In this document: in pieces, positions 18,741-28,243 of the stretch
Position numbering within the stretch: the first letter of the stretch is position 1
Layout: the number at the start of each line of letters is the position of its first letter
NCBI GenBank assembly: GCA_964601505.1
Contig: CAZRNR010000004.1
Coordinates: 5,553-69,552 of the forward strand
Source: an uncultured bacterium
GTDB lineage: Bacteria > Calescibacteriota > Calescibacteriia > Calescibacteriales > Calescibacteriaceae
Length of the DNA: 64,000 nucleotides
Direction: 5' to 3'
Position numbers and translations under genes: made by a program
Notes under the pieces: model-generated
The model's database searches: none
What the model was told of the DNA's origin: nothing
What the model saw: only the letters and a program-made list of their open reading frames with translations

Positions 18741-19604
18741 ATGAATAATAACGAAGATCTGGAAGTCATAAAGTCCTTATCATCTAACGGGAAAGTTTTA
18801 GAGATAAAAGATGAATATAAAGGATACAATATTTTTGTTGCTGAAATTCCTGTCCATAGACTCGAGGTAGTAGTATATCAGAGGAAACCTTCAAAAGCAC
18901 ACGTGAAAAACCTTGTGAAGTCCATATCAAGCATCGGCTTTGTTGTTCCTCTGGTAGTTGCCAAAAAACCAAATGAGGATAAATTCATAATACTTGATGG
19001 ACAACACAGATACCTTGCTTGTCTCGATCTTGGAATAAAAGCTATTCCGTGTTTCATAATTCCCTGGGATTACGCAACGCTTATGATAAACCTCAATATA
19101 GAAAAGCAGCCTAACATAAAAGAGAAATCTTATGTCGCCTTACGGATATATAATGAACTTGTAGATATGTTCCCAGAGAAAAGAGAAACCGAAGAAGAAA
19201 TAATACAATCTGTAGAAGAGATATACTTTGTAACTGTTGGGATGGTATATGATATAGAGGATAAATTCTCTGGATCTTCATGGGAACCGATTTTGAAAAA
19301 GGCAGATTGGCCGTTAGATCTCCCACTTAAAGAAGCAAAAATCCAGAGAAATAAAAGAGCTGAAATAATACACGAACTTCATCAGATAGTTAAAGACATA
19401 GTTTCCAGACTAAAAGAAATAGGGATATCCCATCCGTTTGTTTACAAAGAAGTTGTATCTTACGCAAATCCCATAAAACGTCAGAGAGCGATTGTTGAAT
19501 TTGATGAGATATTTTCGCAGATAAAAGAAAAGTTGCTTGAGATAAGAGAAAACCCGCAAGACTTTAAATCTTTTGTAGGACAGCAGGAAGAGGTCCTTGA
19601 ATAA
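18741..19604 (+). CDS. ParB/sulfiredoxin-type N-terminal domain protein with DGQHR motif
   Basis: 287 aa. FIILDGQHRYLACLDLGIKAIP matches the ParB-like nuclease/DndB-like DGQHR signature. The C-terminal half is helical and unassigned. Confidence 0.6.
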   Translation: MNNNEDLEVIKSLSSNGKVLEIKDEYKGYNIFVAEIPVHRLEVVVYQRKPSKAHVKNLVKSISSIGFVVPLVVAKKPNEDKFIILDGQHRYLACLDLGIKAIPCFIIPWDYATLMINLNIEKQPNIKEKSYVALRIYNELVDMFPEKRETEEEIIQSVEEIYFVTVGMVYDIEDKFSGSSWEPILKKADWPLDLPLKEAKIQRNKRAEIIHELHQIVKDIVSRLKEIGISHPFVYKEVVSYANPIKRQRAIVEFDEIFSQIKEKLLEIRENPQDFKSFVGQQEEVLE

Positions 19605-22074
19605 TAGCTGATTTTATCTTCTCTTCAAGAGCTTTAAATTCCTCATAAGAAAGCTTTCCATTTAGCTTTGCCTTATTTCTTATGTAGAAAACATCTGCCA
19701 CCTTGTTCTCACGCGTTGATATCTTCGCAACAGATATATCATATCCTGAAAATGTTATCGCATATGTTATATCAAAAAGTAGTGCAGGTCTATCAAAACA
19801 ATATACCTCAATTATGGTATAATCCTCCGAAGAATCATTGTCTAGAACAACCTTTATAGTTTTTTCTGTATTTTGGTTAGCAAACGGATTTGTTTCCATA
19901 TAGTATGGAATCAGCTTTCTCTTTTTTTCTTGTATTTCCCCAAGTATATCTTGGATTCTCTTTGAATAGAAGATTTTTTCGAACCTTCTGAATCTTCCCA
20001 TGTCTTGTGGTTCGGCCCAAAATATGTTTATTGCTTTCCCCAATACAGCTCCCTCCGCATAAAGCGAAAGTATGTTGAATCCAGAGATAAAAAGCATTCC
20101 AGCACACTCACACAAAAATCCCTCCACATCATCCCCTATCGTGATTATCTCTATCACACCTTCATCCCTTTTTGTAAATGCAACATATCTTGATTGTGAA
20201 AGGTGAGCTTTTAGAAGAAATAGCATATATCTGAAAAGCCTGTCGTAATTGAAGAATGAGAGAAATTTTCGAGAGAGAGAAGAAACTGCCTGAACTACTA
20301 TATCAGAGGGAAAGAATTTCTTCAGATCCTCCACAAGAATAGAAACATCAATATGCTCCTCTTCCGCATATTCAAGACCTTTTCTTATTCTCTCTGAGAG
20401 TTTCACATATATCTCTGTAATAAGATGAGCTTTCCAGCTGTTCCAGTTATTCGGATTTGTAGCCAAAGCATCTGCTATCGAGAGGATATAAAGTATATCA
20501 AGAGATACAGTATCTGAGAATAACTCTGCAATCTTTTTGATATAAGTGTCCTCGTGTATATCTCTGCGCTGTGCGTAGTGCGATAAAGCAAGATGATTTT
20601 TAACAAGAAACTTCAAAAGATCTAAATTCTCCCCAGCCAAACCAATTCTCTTACCAATCTTCTCAGCAATCTTCTCACCTAAAGCAGAATGATCATTCTT
20701 TCTCCCTTTCCCTATATCATGCAGTAAAGCAGACAATATCGCAATCTTCTTTTTCTCCGAACTAATTTCAGGTAGAAAATTTATATGTGGAGGCTTTATG
20801 CCAAGTAGAATTTTCTCTAACTCCTCTAAACACTTTACAAGATGCAGATCCACTGGATAAATGTGTGGAGGATGAATTTGATAAAGGTTTTTCACAAAAG
20901 AAAACTCCGGAATAATATTTTGAAGGACCCCAAAATTCCTCATATACAAAAGTGTTCTGGCTACCCCCCCAAGATCAAAAATAATGTCGCAGAACATATT
21001 AATACAATCCTTGTCTTTCCACATACCCTTCATAATGCTTTGATTCTTAAATATGGCATACAGAAATTCTGGCGAGATCTTTAGGTTATTATCTTTTGAT
21101 ATCTTGAAAGCTTCAACTATGATCTTAGGCGTTATACTATCCTCTGACGAATAATATAGAAAAACGGAGTCTGTTTCAAATATTCCCAGCTTCGTAATTT
21201 GCTGCTTATGCTTTTTTAGTTCTTTTTGAATATAATCTTCAGCTATCTGAACCGCTACAGCTATCTTATGCTGACTTTCAAGAAAGGATGTCATGAATTT
21301 CCTTAAATCCTGCTTTTTTCCATTCTTCTTCTTGGCGATGAATTCTAATATCTCCTCAACATAAGCTGCATTCAGTTTATCCTCATTCTTTTTCAGGACG
21401 CAGTGCAATATACTCCTTGTTTCAAGAAGCCTCTCATATGAACTTTTGATGTCCTGGCTTTGTATAAGTATATCCTTCTGAACAAGATGTTTCAAATATT
21501 TTTGATATAAAAAATCACCTATTCCGCCGGGAGAGCTTTTGATATCCGGCTCAAGCAGATTAAAGAACTTAGAGATCCTCGTGTTCCTATCTTGGTAAAG
21601 ATTCTCAAATATCGTTTCCTTGTGCTCAGAACAAAATTTCTTCCTATATCTTTTTAGTCTTTCAAATATTTTGTAATCTCCAGCAATAAATCTCAAATCA
21701 CTAAGATACGACAGAACTTTCACATCATCTAATGCCATTTTCAGAGTCTCTTCTATTGTTCTGACAGAATGCTCAATCTTGCTAAAACCTATATTCCATA
21801 GTTCGGTAATAAAGTTTGAAATCCTCTCATTTTGTTCAAACCTTCTTGAATTTACAATGATCAATATATCTATATCTGAAAACGGTGTCATTGTTTTTCT
21901 TCCAAAGCTACCAAATCCGAGAAGGACAACACCATCTACACCCTGAAGAATTTTTTCCCATACATTTTTAACTTCCTCTTCAAATATACCTGTTATCTCC
22001 TCTAAAATGATATTTATATTTTTTTTAAATATGTTATCCTCAAGGATAGATATCGCTTTTTCTCTTGCCTCCAT
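19564..22074 (-). CDS. glnD: [protein-PII] uridylyltransferase/uridylyl-removing enzyme GlnD-like
   Basis: 836 aa. Nucleotidyltransferase motif GSFGRKTMTPFSDIDILII, HD domain LLHDIGKG, and two C-terminal ACT-like segments. Confidence 0.8.
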   Translation of the reverse strand: MEAREKAISILEDNIFKKNINIILEEITGIFEEEVKNVWEKILQGVDGVVLLGFGSFGRKTMTPFSDIDILIIVNSRRFEQNERISNFITELWNIGFSKIEHSVRTIEETLKMALDDVKVLSYLSDLRFIAGDYKIFERLKRYRKKFCSEHKETIFENLYQDRNTRISKFFNLLEPDIKSSPGGIGDFLYQKYLKHLVQKDILIQSQDIKSSYERLLETRSILHCVLKKNEDKLNAAYVEEILEFIAKKKNGKKQDLRKFMTSFLESQHKIAVAVQIAEDYIQKELKKHKQQITKLGIFETDSVFLYYSSEDSITPKIIVEAFKISKDNNLKISPEFLYAIFKNQSIMKGMWKDKDCINMFCDIIFDLGGVARTLLYMRNFGVLQNIIPEFSFVKNLYQIHPPHIYPVDLHLVKCLEELEKILLGIKPPHINFLPEISSEKKKIAILSALLHDIGKGRKNDHSALGEKIAEKIGKRIGLAGENLDLLKFLVKNHLALSHYAQRRDIHEDTYIKKIAELFSDTVSLDILYILSIADALATNPNNWNSWKAHLITEIYVKLSERIRKGLEYAEEEHIDVSILVEDLKKFFPSDIVVQAVSSLSRKFLSFFNYDRLFRYMLFLLKAHLSQSRYVAFTKRDEGVIEIITIGDDVEGFLCECAGMLFISGFNILSLYAEGAVLGKAINIFWAEPQDMGRFRRFEKIFYSKRIQDILGEIQEKKRKLIPYYMETNPFANQNTEKTIKVVLDNDSSEDYTIIEVYCFDRPALLFDITYAITFSGYDISVAKISTRENKVADVFYIRNKAKLNGKLSYEEFKALEEKIKSAIIQGPLPAVLQKI

Positions 22075-22137
22075 CCTGTTATAAATAGTACTGCGGAAGA
22101 ACTCTGAGATATTTATTAGAATTTACCCTTTGCCAAA

Positions 22138-23745
22138 TCATATAATTGTATCTTTCTTAAAGTCTATGTCATTTTTGAATGGATAGTCAATATTATAGTG
22201 TGTTCCTCTTGATTCTTTTCTTGCCATTGCAGATCTTATTATAAGTTCTGCTACTATAACTATATTTCTTAATTCTATCAGATCAGCAGAGACATAATAC
22301 TTCCAGTAGTCTTCCATGACATCTTTTTTTATTATTGAGATTCTTTCAAGTGCTCTTTGTAGCCTTTTGTTAGATCTTACCACACCAGCGTAGTTCCACA
22401 TAAGTCTTCTCACTTCATCCCAAGCGTGCGAAATCAGAATTTTTTCATCCTGAGCAATGGTTTTCTCTGATTTCCAGGGTGGAATATCCTCTTTCGGGAT
22501 ATGTATTTTCTTTGGGTATTCAAGACATTTAAGCAAAGCCCTTTTTGACATCACTAAACACTCCAAAAGTGAATTTGATGCGAGTCTATTAGCTCCGTGA
22601 AATCCTGTGCAGGCAGACTCTCCTATTACAAAAAGGCGAGAAATTGAAGTTTCTCCGTATGAATCAGTCAAAACTCCTCCGCATATAAAATGAGCCCCAG
22701 GAGCAACAGGAATAGGAGACTTTGTTATGTCTATACCAAGCTCAAGACATCTTTGATATATTTTGGGAAATCTTTTTTTTATAAAGTCGCTTCCAAGATG
22801 AGTTATATCCAGATAAACATGATCATCTCCGGATTTTTTAAGTTCTGAATCTATCGCCCTGGTGACTATATCTCTTGGTGCAAGTTCGCCAAGCTCGTGA
22901 TATTTCTTCATAAATGGCTTCCCGTCTTTCGTGAGAAGTATTCCTCCTTCTCCCCTAAGTGCTTCAGAAATTAGGAAATTTTTTTCCTTATGATGATATA
23001 GCACAGTTGGATGGAACTGAAAAAATTCCATATTTGCTATTTTTGAACCCGCTCTATAACACATTGCTATACCATCACCCGTAGCAACATCTGGATTTGA
23101 TGTTATCAAGTAAACTTTTCCTGCTCCACCGGTTGCAAGTATCACAAAATTCCCAAAAATCATATCTATATTTGATGTGCTCTTGTCAAAAACATATACC
23201 CCGTAGCATTCATCTTCTATTCTGTTGTTTGTTCTTCCTATGAACCTGAATTTTGTTATCAGATCAATGGCTACACAGTTCTCAAATATACTGATGTTTT
23301 TCTTTTCTCTCACTCTATCAATAAGTTTCCTTTGTATTTCTGCTCCTGTTCCATCTCCCTTATGTAATATTCGTCTTTCAGAGTGCCCCCCTTCCCTAGT
23401 TAGGTGAAACAATCCGTCATCTTTATCAAATTCAACCCCCCATTCTATAAGTTCCTTTATACATGCTTTTGATTCTGATATAATAGTTCTGACCATTTCC
23501 ACGTTGCAGAGTCCATCTCCAGCTTTTATGGTATCTTGTATATGCTTTTCAATGGAATCGCTTTCAGAGAGGGGAGAAGCTGCTATACCTCCTTGCGCGT
23601 AATATGAGTTTGCGTCCTCCATTTTCCCCTTTGTGATTATCGCGACAGACATTTTTTCAGGAACACGTAGAGCAAATGAGAGCCCTGCAAGACCAGAACC
23701 AACAACAACAAAATCAAAATTTGTCATGAAGGATTGACTTCCCAA
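22138..23745 (-). CDS. nadB: L-aspartate oxidase
   Basis: 535 aa. FAD dinucleotide fold VVGSGLAGL. The YYAQGGIA block lacks the histidine used for covalent FAD in SdhA/FrdA. Length and blocks are typical of NadB. Confidence 0.85.
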   Translation of the reverse strand: MGSQSFMTNFDFVVVGSGLAGLSFALRVPEKMSVAIITKGKMEDANSYYAQGGIAASPLSESDSIEKHIQDTIKAGDGLCNVEMVRTIISESKACIKELIEWGVEFDKDDGLFHLTREGGHSERRILHKGDGTGAEIQRKLIDRVREKKNISIFENCVAIDLITKFRFIGRTNNRIEDECYGVYVFDKSTSNIDMIFGNFVILATGGAGKVYLITSNPDVATGDGIAMCYRAGSKIANMEFFQFHPTVLYHHKEKNFLISEALRGEGGILLTKDGKPFMKKYHELGELAPRDIVTRAIDSELKKSGDDHVYLDITHLGSDFIKKRFPKIYQRCLELGIDITKSPIPVAPGAHFICGGVLTDSYGETSISRLFVIGESACTGFHGANRLASNSLLECLVMSKRALLKCLEYPKKIHIPKEDIPPWKSEKTIAQDEKILISHAWDEVRRLMWNYAGVVRSNKRLQRALERISIIKKDVMEDYWKYYVSADLIELRNIVIVAELIIRSAMARKESRGTHYNIDYPFKNDIDFKKDTII

Positions 23746-24737
23746 CTGCCAGACTCTATGAGCCTCTTAACACTACCTTCTCCCTTTTTCTTCTTAGCCA
23801 TTTCTATCTGGTTATAAAGCAGTTCATCATATGTAGGCTCCCTTACATTCCTTATGATCCCTATTGGTTCCGGGAAATCTGGATAATGCATAGTTGCAAC
23901 TGCAAGATTTAGCATATAGTCCGTAGCATCATAAATTGTTATATCTTCTTTTCTTATACCGTCCTCTCCCACTTTTACAACCTTCGGTCTGAGCTTATCA
24001 ATTATTATTCCTTTATCCAAGTTTTTGCCAAAAATCATTGGCTGTCCGTGTCTCAGTTCTATTAATCTCTCACTTCTGACTTCTCTTCCTGCAAAATCTT
24101 CAAATGCACCATCATTGAAAACAACACAGTTTTGGTATATGTGTATAAAAGCTGTACCCTTGTGATTAGCTGCTTCCTTCAAAATTTCCACTAATCTTTT
24201 TATGTCTGTGTCTATCGCTCTTGCTACAAATGTCGCTTTCTGCGAAAGGGCAAGAAGTACCGGATCTACAGGTCTTTCTATAACTCCAAACGGAGAACTT
24301 TTTGTTTCCTGTCCCAAAAGACTTGTTGGTGAATACTGACCTTTTGTCAGACCATATATTCTATTATCAAAAAGAAGGATTTTTATATCTACATTTCTTC
24401 TAATAGCGTGCATAATGTGATTTCCACCAATTGCGAGCCCATCGCCATCTCCTGTTACTACCCATACAGAAAGATCTGGATTTGCTACTTTCACACCGGT
24501 CGCTATTGCCGGCGCTCTTCCATGAATACCATGAAAACCATAAGTGTTCATGTAATATGGAAAACGAGAAGAGCAACCAATACCAGAAACTATAACAAAT
24601 TTCTCTCTTGGGATCCCCATTTGAGAAAAGGCTTGCCTGACAGCATTTAATATGGCATAATCTCCACACCCAGGACACCACCTTGGTTCTTCACCCGAGT
24701 CAAAGTCTTTTGGTGTATATTTTTCAGGAGACTGCAT
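23724..24737 (-). CDS. korB: 2-oxoacid:ferredoxin oxidoreductase beta subunit
   Basis: 337 aa. WCPGCGDYAIL and TGDGDGLAIGGNH (TPP-binding) blocks. Confidence 0.9.
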   Translation of the reverse strand: MQSPEKYTPKDFDSGEEPRWCPGCGDYAILNAVRQAFSQMGIPREKFVIVSGIGCSSRFPYYMNTYGFHGIHGRAPAIATGVKVANPDLSVWVVTGDGDGLAIGGNHIMHAIRRNVDIKILLFDNRIYGLTKGQYSPTSLLGQETKSSPFGVIERPVDPVLLALSQKATFVARAIDTDIKRLVEILKEAANHKGTAFIHIYQNCVVFNDGAFEDFAGREVRSERLIELRHGQPMIFGKNLDKGIIIDKLRPKVVKVGEDGIRKEDITIYDATDYMLNLAVATMHYPDFPEPIGIIRNVREPTYDELLYNQIEMAKKKKGEGSVKRLIESGSWEVNPS

Positions 24738-26652
24738 ACGATTTTGTTCCTCCTTCTACTTTTATCTTTTTGGAAATTTTGCCTTCTCTTTCAAGGTTTA
24801 TAAGCTCTTTTTCTATCGCCTGTCTGATATCAGATTCCCTCAAAGGAGTTCCCGTAACCCTGTTAAATCCGACAGCATCAACTCCAAATTTTCCTTTTAT
24901 GAGCAAAAGAAGTTGTCCGAGGTTTAGTTCTGGTATAAGTACCCGTTTGAACTTTGAAAGAACATCTGACAGGTTTTTAGGGAACGGATTTATGTTTCGC
25001 AGCTGAACATGAGCAACAGGCCAGCCTTTTGAGATAGCATAATCAACTGCTGCTCTTATGCTACCAAATGTACTCCCCCAGCCAAGCACAAGAAGTTCGG
25101 CATCTGCTGGTCCATATATACTTACATCCCCTATATCTCTTTGAGCCCTCCTTATCTTTTCCGCTCTTATTTTTACCATATAGTCATGATTTTGTGGGTC
25201 ATAAGATACCTTACCAGAGATGTTGGATTTTTCAAGACCACCTATGCGATGTTCAAGTCCCTTCGTTCCAGGTTTAGCCCAGGGTCTTGCAAGTGTTTCT
25301 TCATCTCTTGAATAAGGAGCAAAGTTTTTCGGATCACCATGATAGAATTCAACCTGAATTTTTTCTATGCTTTTTTCTATGTCAGGTATTCTCCAGGGTT
25401 CTGATCCCATTGCAAGATACCCATCTGAAAGTATTATAACTGGAGTCATATACTTTATTGCAAGCCTTGCTGCCTCAAGAAATACCTCAAAGCAATCTCC
25501 AGGACTCGTTGGAGCCAAAACTATTACAGGAGATTCCCCATGCCTTCCATACATTGCAAAAAGGAGATCTGTTTGTTCGGTTTTTGTAGGCATACCAGTT
25601 GATGGTCCAGATCTTTGATTATCTATGATTATCAGTGGGAGTTCGGTCATAACAGCTAGATTTATTCCTTCAGATTTCAAAGAGAGTCCTGGGCCAGATG
25701 TAGTTGTTATCCCAAGGGCCCCTGCAAAACTTGCGCCTATTGCTGTATTTACTGCAGCAATCTCATCCTCCATCTGAATAGCCACAACTCCAAAATTTCT
25801 CCAAGCAGAAAGGTAATGCAATATATCACTTGCTGGTGTTATAGGATAAGAAGCAAAAACAATAGGTATGTTTAACTTTTCTTTCAATGTTGCTATCGCA
25901 AGTGCAAAAGCCTCATTTCCAGATATATATCTGTATTTCCCCGGTTCAAAATGGTATTTTGGGACATGGATATGTGCAAACTTATGCTGGACTTCAAGAG
26001 TTTCTCCATAATTGTATCCAGCTTTTAGAGCAAGCTCATTAGCTTTTTTGATATCTGGATTTTTGGAAAACTTCTCTTGTATGAAAGAAAGAATTGGTTC
26101 AAGAGGTCTTTCAAATATCCAGCATACAAGCCCAAGGGCGAAAAAGTTCCTTGTCCTTATCTTTTCTTTGTGCGAGATATTTACATCTTTGAGTGCCTCA
26201 ACAACAAGCTGATTCATCTTTACCTTTATGACATTGTATTTGGAGAGTATATCATCTAATTTTTCCTCACCAGATATTATACTTTGCCACCCGGCCTTTT
26301 TGAAATTTATCTCATCAAATTCATCTTCGTTCAGTATCACTGTAGCACCAGGTTTTATCAGAGAAAGATTAACCTTTAGGGCTGCAGGATTCATAGCAAC
26401 GAGCACATCGGGAGCATCTCCAGGTGTGAGTATATCGAGGCCTCCAAACTGTATCTGGAAAGATGAGACCCCATATGTTGTTCCAGCTGGAGCCCTTATC
26501 TCGGCTGGAAACTCAGGAAGAACAGCAAAATCATTCCCATATATAGCTGTCGCTACGGTAAATTGTGAACCTATAAGCTGAATCCCATCTCCGGAATCGC
26601 CTGCGAACTTGGCCACTACCCTGATTCTTTCAGCTTCAGGTGGTTTTTCCAT
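24724..26652 (-). CDS. korA: 2-oxoacid:ferredoxin oxidoreductase alpha subunit (gamma-like domain fused N-terminally)
   Basis: 642 aa. N-terminal FAGDSGDGIQLIG block, then the pyruvate-flavodoxin-oxidoreductase-type core. It overlaps the korB start by 14 nt. Confidence 0.9.
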   Translation of the reverse strand: MEKPPEAERIRVVAKFAGDSGDGIQLIGSQFTVATAIYGNDFAVLPEFPAEIRAPAGTTYGVSSFQIQFGGLDILTPGDAPDVLVAMNPAALKVNLSLIKPGATVILNEDEFDEINFKKAGWQSIISGEEKLDDILSKYNVIKVKMNQLVVEALKDVNISHKEKIRTRNFFALGLVCWIFERPLEPILSFIQEKFSKNPDIKKANELALKAGYNYGETLEVQHKFAHIHVPKYHFEPGKYRYISGNEAFALAIATLKEKLNIPIVFASYPITPASDILHYLSAWRNFGVVAIQMEDEIAAVNTAIGASFAGALGITTTSGPGLSLKSEGINLAVMTELPLIIIDNQRSGPSTGMPTKTEQTDLLFAMYGRHGESPVIVLAPTSPGDCFEVFLEAARLAIKYMTPVIILSDGYLAMGSEPWRIPDIEKSIEKIQVEFYHGDPKNFAPYSRDEETLARPWAKPGTKGLEHRIGGLEKSNISGKVSYDPQNHDYMVKIRAEKIRRAQRDIGDVSIYGPADAELLVLGWGSTFGSIRAAVDYAISKGWPVAHVQLRNINPFPKNLSDVLSKFKRVLIPELNLGQLLLLIKGKFGVDAVGFNRVTGTPLRESDIRQAIEKELINLEREGKISKKIKVEGGTKSYAVS

Positions 26653-26761
26653 ATCTGTTCTTACTTATTTAGCTATGAGTCTTGAGAATTATGCAAAAAA
26701 CAGGAGTTTTTATTTAATTGAGGACGCAAGAAGATTTAAAAAACGAAACTCGCGAATGCGA

Positions 26762-27085
26762 TCAGATTTTTCCCTGGAGGAAGAAAGCCACAACAAGCAT
26801 GTATATGACAAGCGATTCCATAAAGACAAGCCCGAGTATAAGAGGCAGGAACATTTTATCTGATGCTCCGGGATTTCTGGATATTCCCTCCATAGCTGCT
26901 GCAACGGCTCTCCCTTGCCCAAGCGCTCCAATAGCTGCAGCTATACCTAACCCAAGTCCAGCTCCCAAAGCCAGACCAAATTTTGAAAGCTCCGCAGAAG
27001 CAGAAGCAACTCCTTCATCCGCAGCAAAAACAGAGAATGCCGAAAAAAATGCGAAAACAAAAAAAGAAAGTACCCTTCTCATCAT
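26762..27085 (-). CDS. atpE: F-type ATP synthase subunit c with N-terminal signal-peptide-like extension
   Basis: 107 aa. Gly-rich helix 1 (GAGLGLGIAAAIGALGQG), loop SRNPGA and helix 2 with the carboxylate (FMESLVIY). It is preceded by MMRRVLSFFVFAFFSAFSVFA-ADEG. Strong SD AAAGGAGG. Confidence 0.85.
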   Translation of the reverse strand: MMRRVLSFFVFAFFSAFSVFAADEGVASASAELSKFGLALGAGLGLGIAAAIGALGQGRAVAAAMEGISRNPGASDKMFLPLILGLVFMESLVIYMLVVAFFLQGKI

Positions 27086-27173
27086 TGATTTTTTCCTCCT
27101 TTGTAAAATTGTCAGTGATTTTAAAAAGGCAGATTATAAGTTGTGAAAAAACAAAAAGTTTGAGCAAAATCTC

Positions 27174-27404
27174 TTATCCTTTGCTAACATAAATCTCAAG
27201 ATCAGATCCTTTCTCTTTCATCTCCAAAATTTTATATCCTTCATCTCTTATTGCTTTTGGTACATCTTCCTTCGCAGCTGGAAAATCAACTATAATTTGG
27301 TATATGTCTCTCTCACTCCCTTTCCTCAGCTCCCTTTTGATTATTATAACGTTCATTGGGCAAACAACACCTCGAAGATCTAAAACCTTGGTAGGCTTCA
27401 GCAT
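27174..27404 (-). CDS. TusA/SirA-family sulfur carrier protein
   Basis: 76 aa. LDLRGVVCPMNVI matches the TusA active-site Cys-Pro context. Confidence 0.7.
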   Translation of the reverse strand: MLKPTKVLDLRGVVCPMNVIIIKRELRKGSERDIYQIIVDFPAAKEDVPKAIRDEGYKILEMKEKGSDLEIYVSKG

Positions 27405-27429
27405 CTATTAAATATTAGCAACACTTACA

Positions 27430-28167
27430 CTATTTATCTGTTTTATTTATCTTTTCAAGAAATATCCTCTTTATCTCCCAATCGGATTTGAATTTTCCCG
27501 AGAAAAACAGAGTCTCCATTACGACATCTTCTTTTCTAGCTCCACGCATCGCAAGACACAAATGATATGCTGAAATATACACCGCAACTCCTTCCGCCTG
27601 AACAGTCTTCTCTATAAAATTTCCTATCTCCTCAGTCAATCTTTCTTGAACCTGCAATCTACTTGCAAAAACCTTTATGATTCTGGGTATCTTTGAAAGA
27701 CCTATTATCTTATTCTTCGGGAGATAAGCTATTGAAGCCGTCCCAAAAAACGGAAGCATATGATGCTCACATAGACTAAAAAACTTTATGTTCCCCACAA
27801 AAACTAACCCCTTATAGTCAGAACTAAAAATAGCTCCATTGACCTCCCCATCTGGATTAGAAAAATAACCCGAGAGTATCTCTATCAGTGCTTTTGAATA
27901 TCTCTCAGGAGTCTTCTTTAACCCCTCCCTTTCCGGATCATCACCTATTACCTTTATTATCTCCCTTATGTGATAAGCAAGTTTTTTTATCTTTTGCTCT
28001 AATTCGATTTCTTTTTTTTCCCCATGTCCTTGTAATACTTCCTGGTCAAGTTCATCAGACAGTTCGCTCTCCGTGATCTTGAACATCTCAAAAGAACCCG
28101 TGCTAGAACTACTTCTCTCATTTTTCCCCTTTCTCATCTCTGAATAAAATCTCTTCATTTTACTCAT
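27430..28167 (-). CDS. folE: GTP cyclohydrolase I
   Basis: 245 aa. CEHHMLPFFG and GLSKIPRI blocks. There is a ~55-aa low-complexity N-terminal extension. Confidence 0.9.
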   Translation of the reverse strand: MSKMKRFYSEMRKGKNERSSSSTGSFEMFKITESELSDELDQEVLQGHGEKKEIELEQKIKKLAYHIREIIKVIGDDPEREGLKKTPERYSKALIEILSGYFSNPDGEVNGAIFSSDYKGLVFVGNIKFFSLCEHHMLPFFGTASIAYLPKNKIIGLSKIPRIIKVFASRLQVQERLTEEIGNFIEKTVQAEGVAVYISAYHLCLAMRGARKEDVVMETLFFSGKFKSDWEIKRIFLEKINKTDK

Positions 28168-28243
28168 ATTATTACACTTATTGATAAAAACAAGAAAAAT
28201 TCCATCCCATTAGAATGTGATTCCTCAAATCTGATTACAAAAG

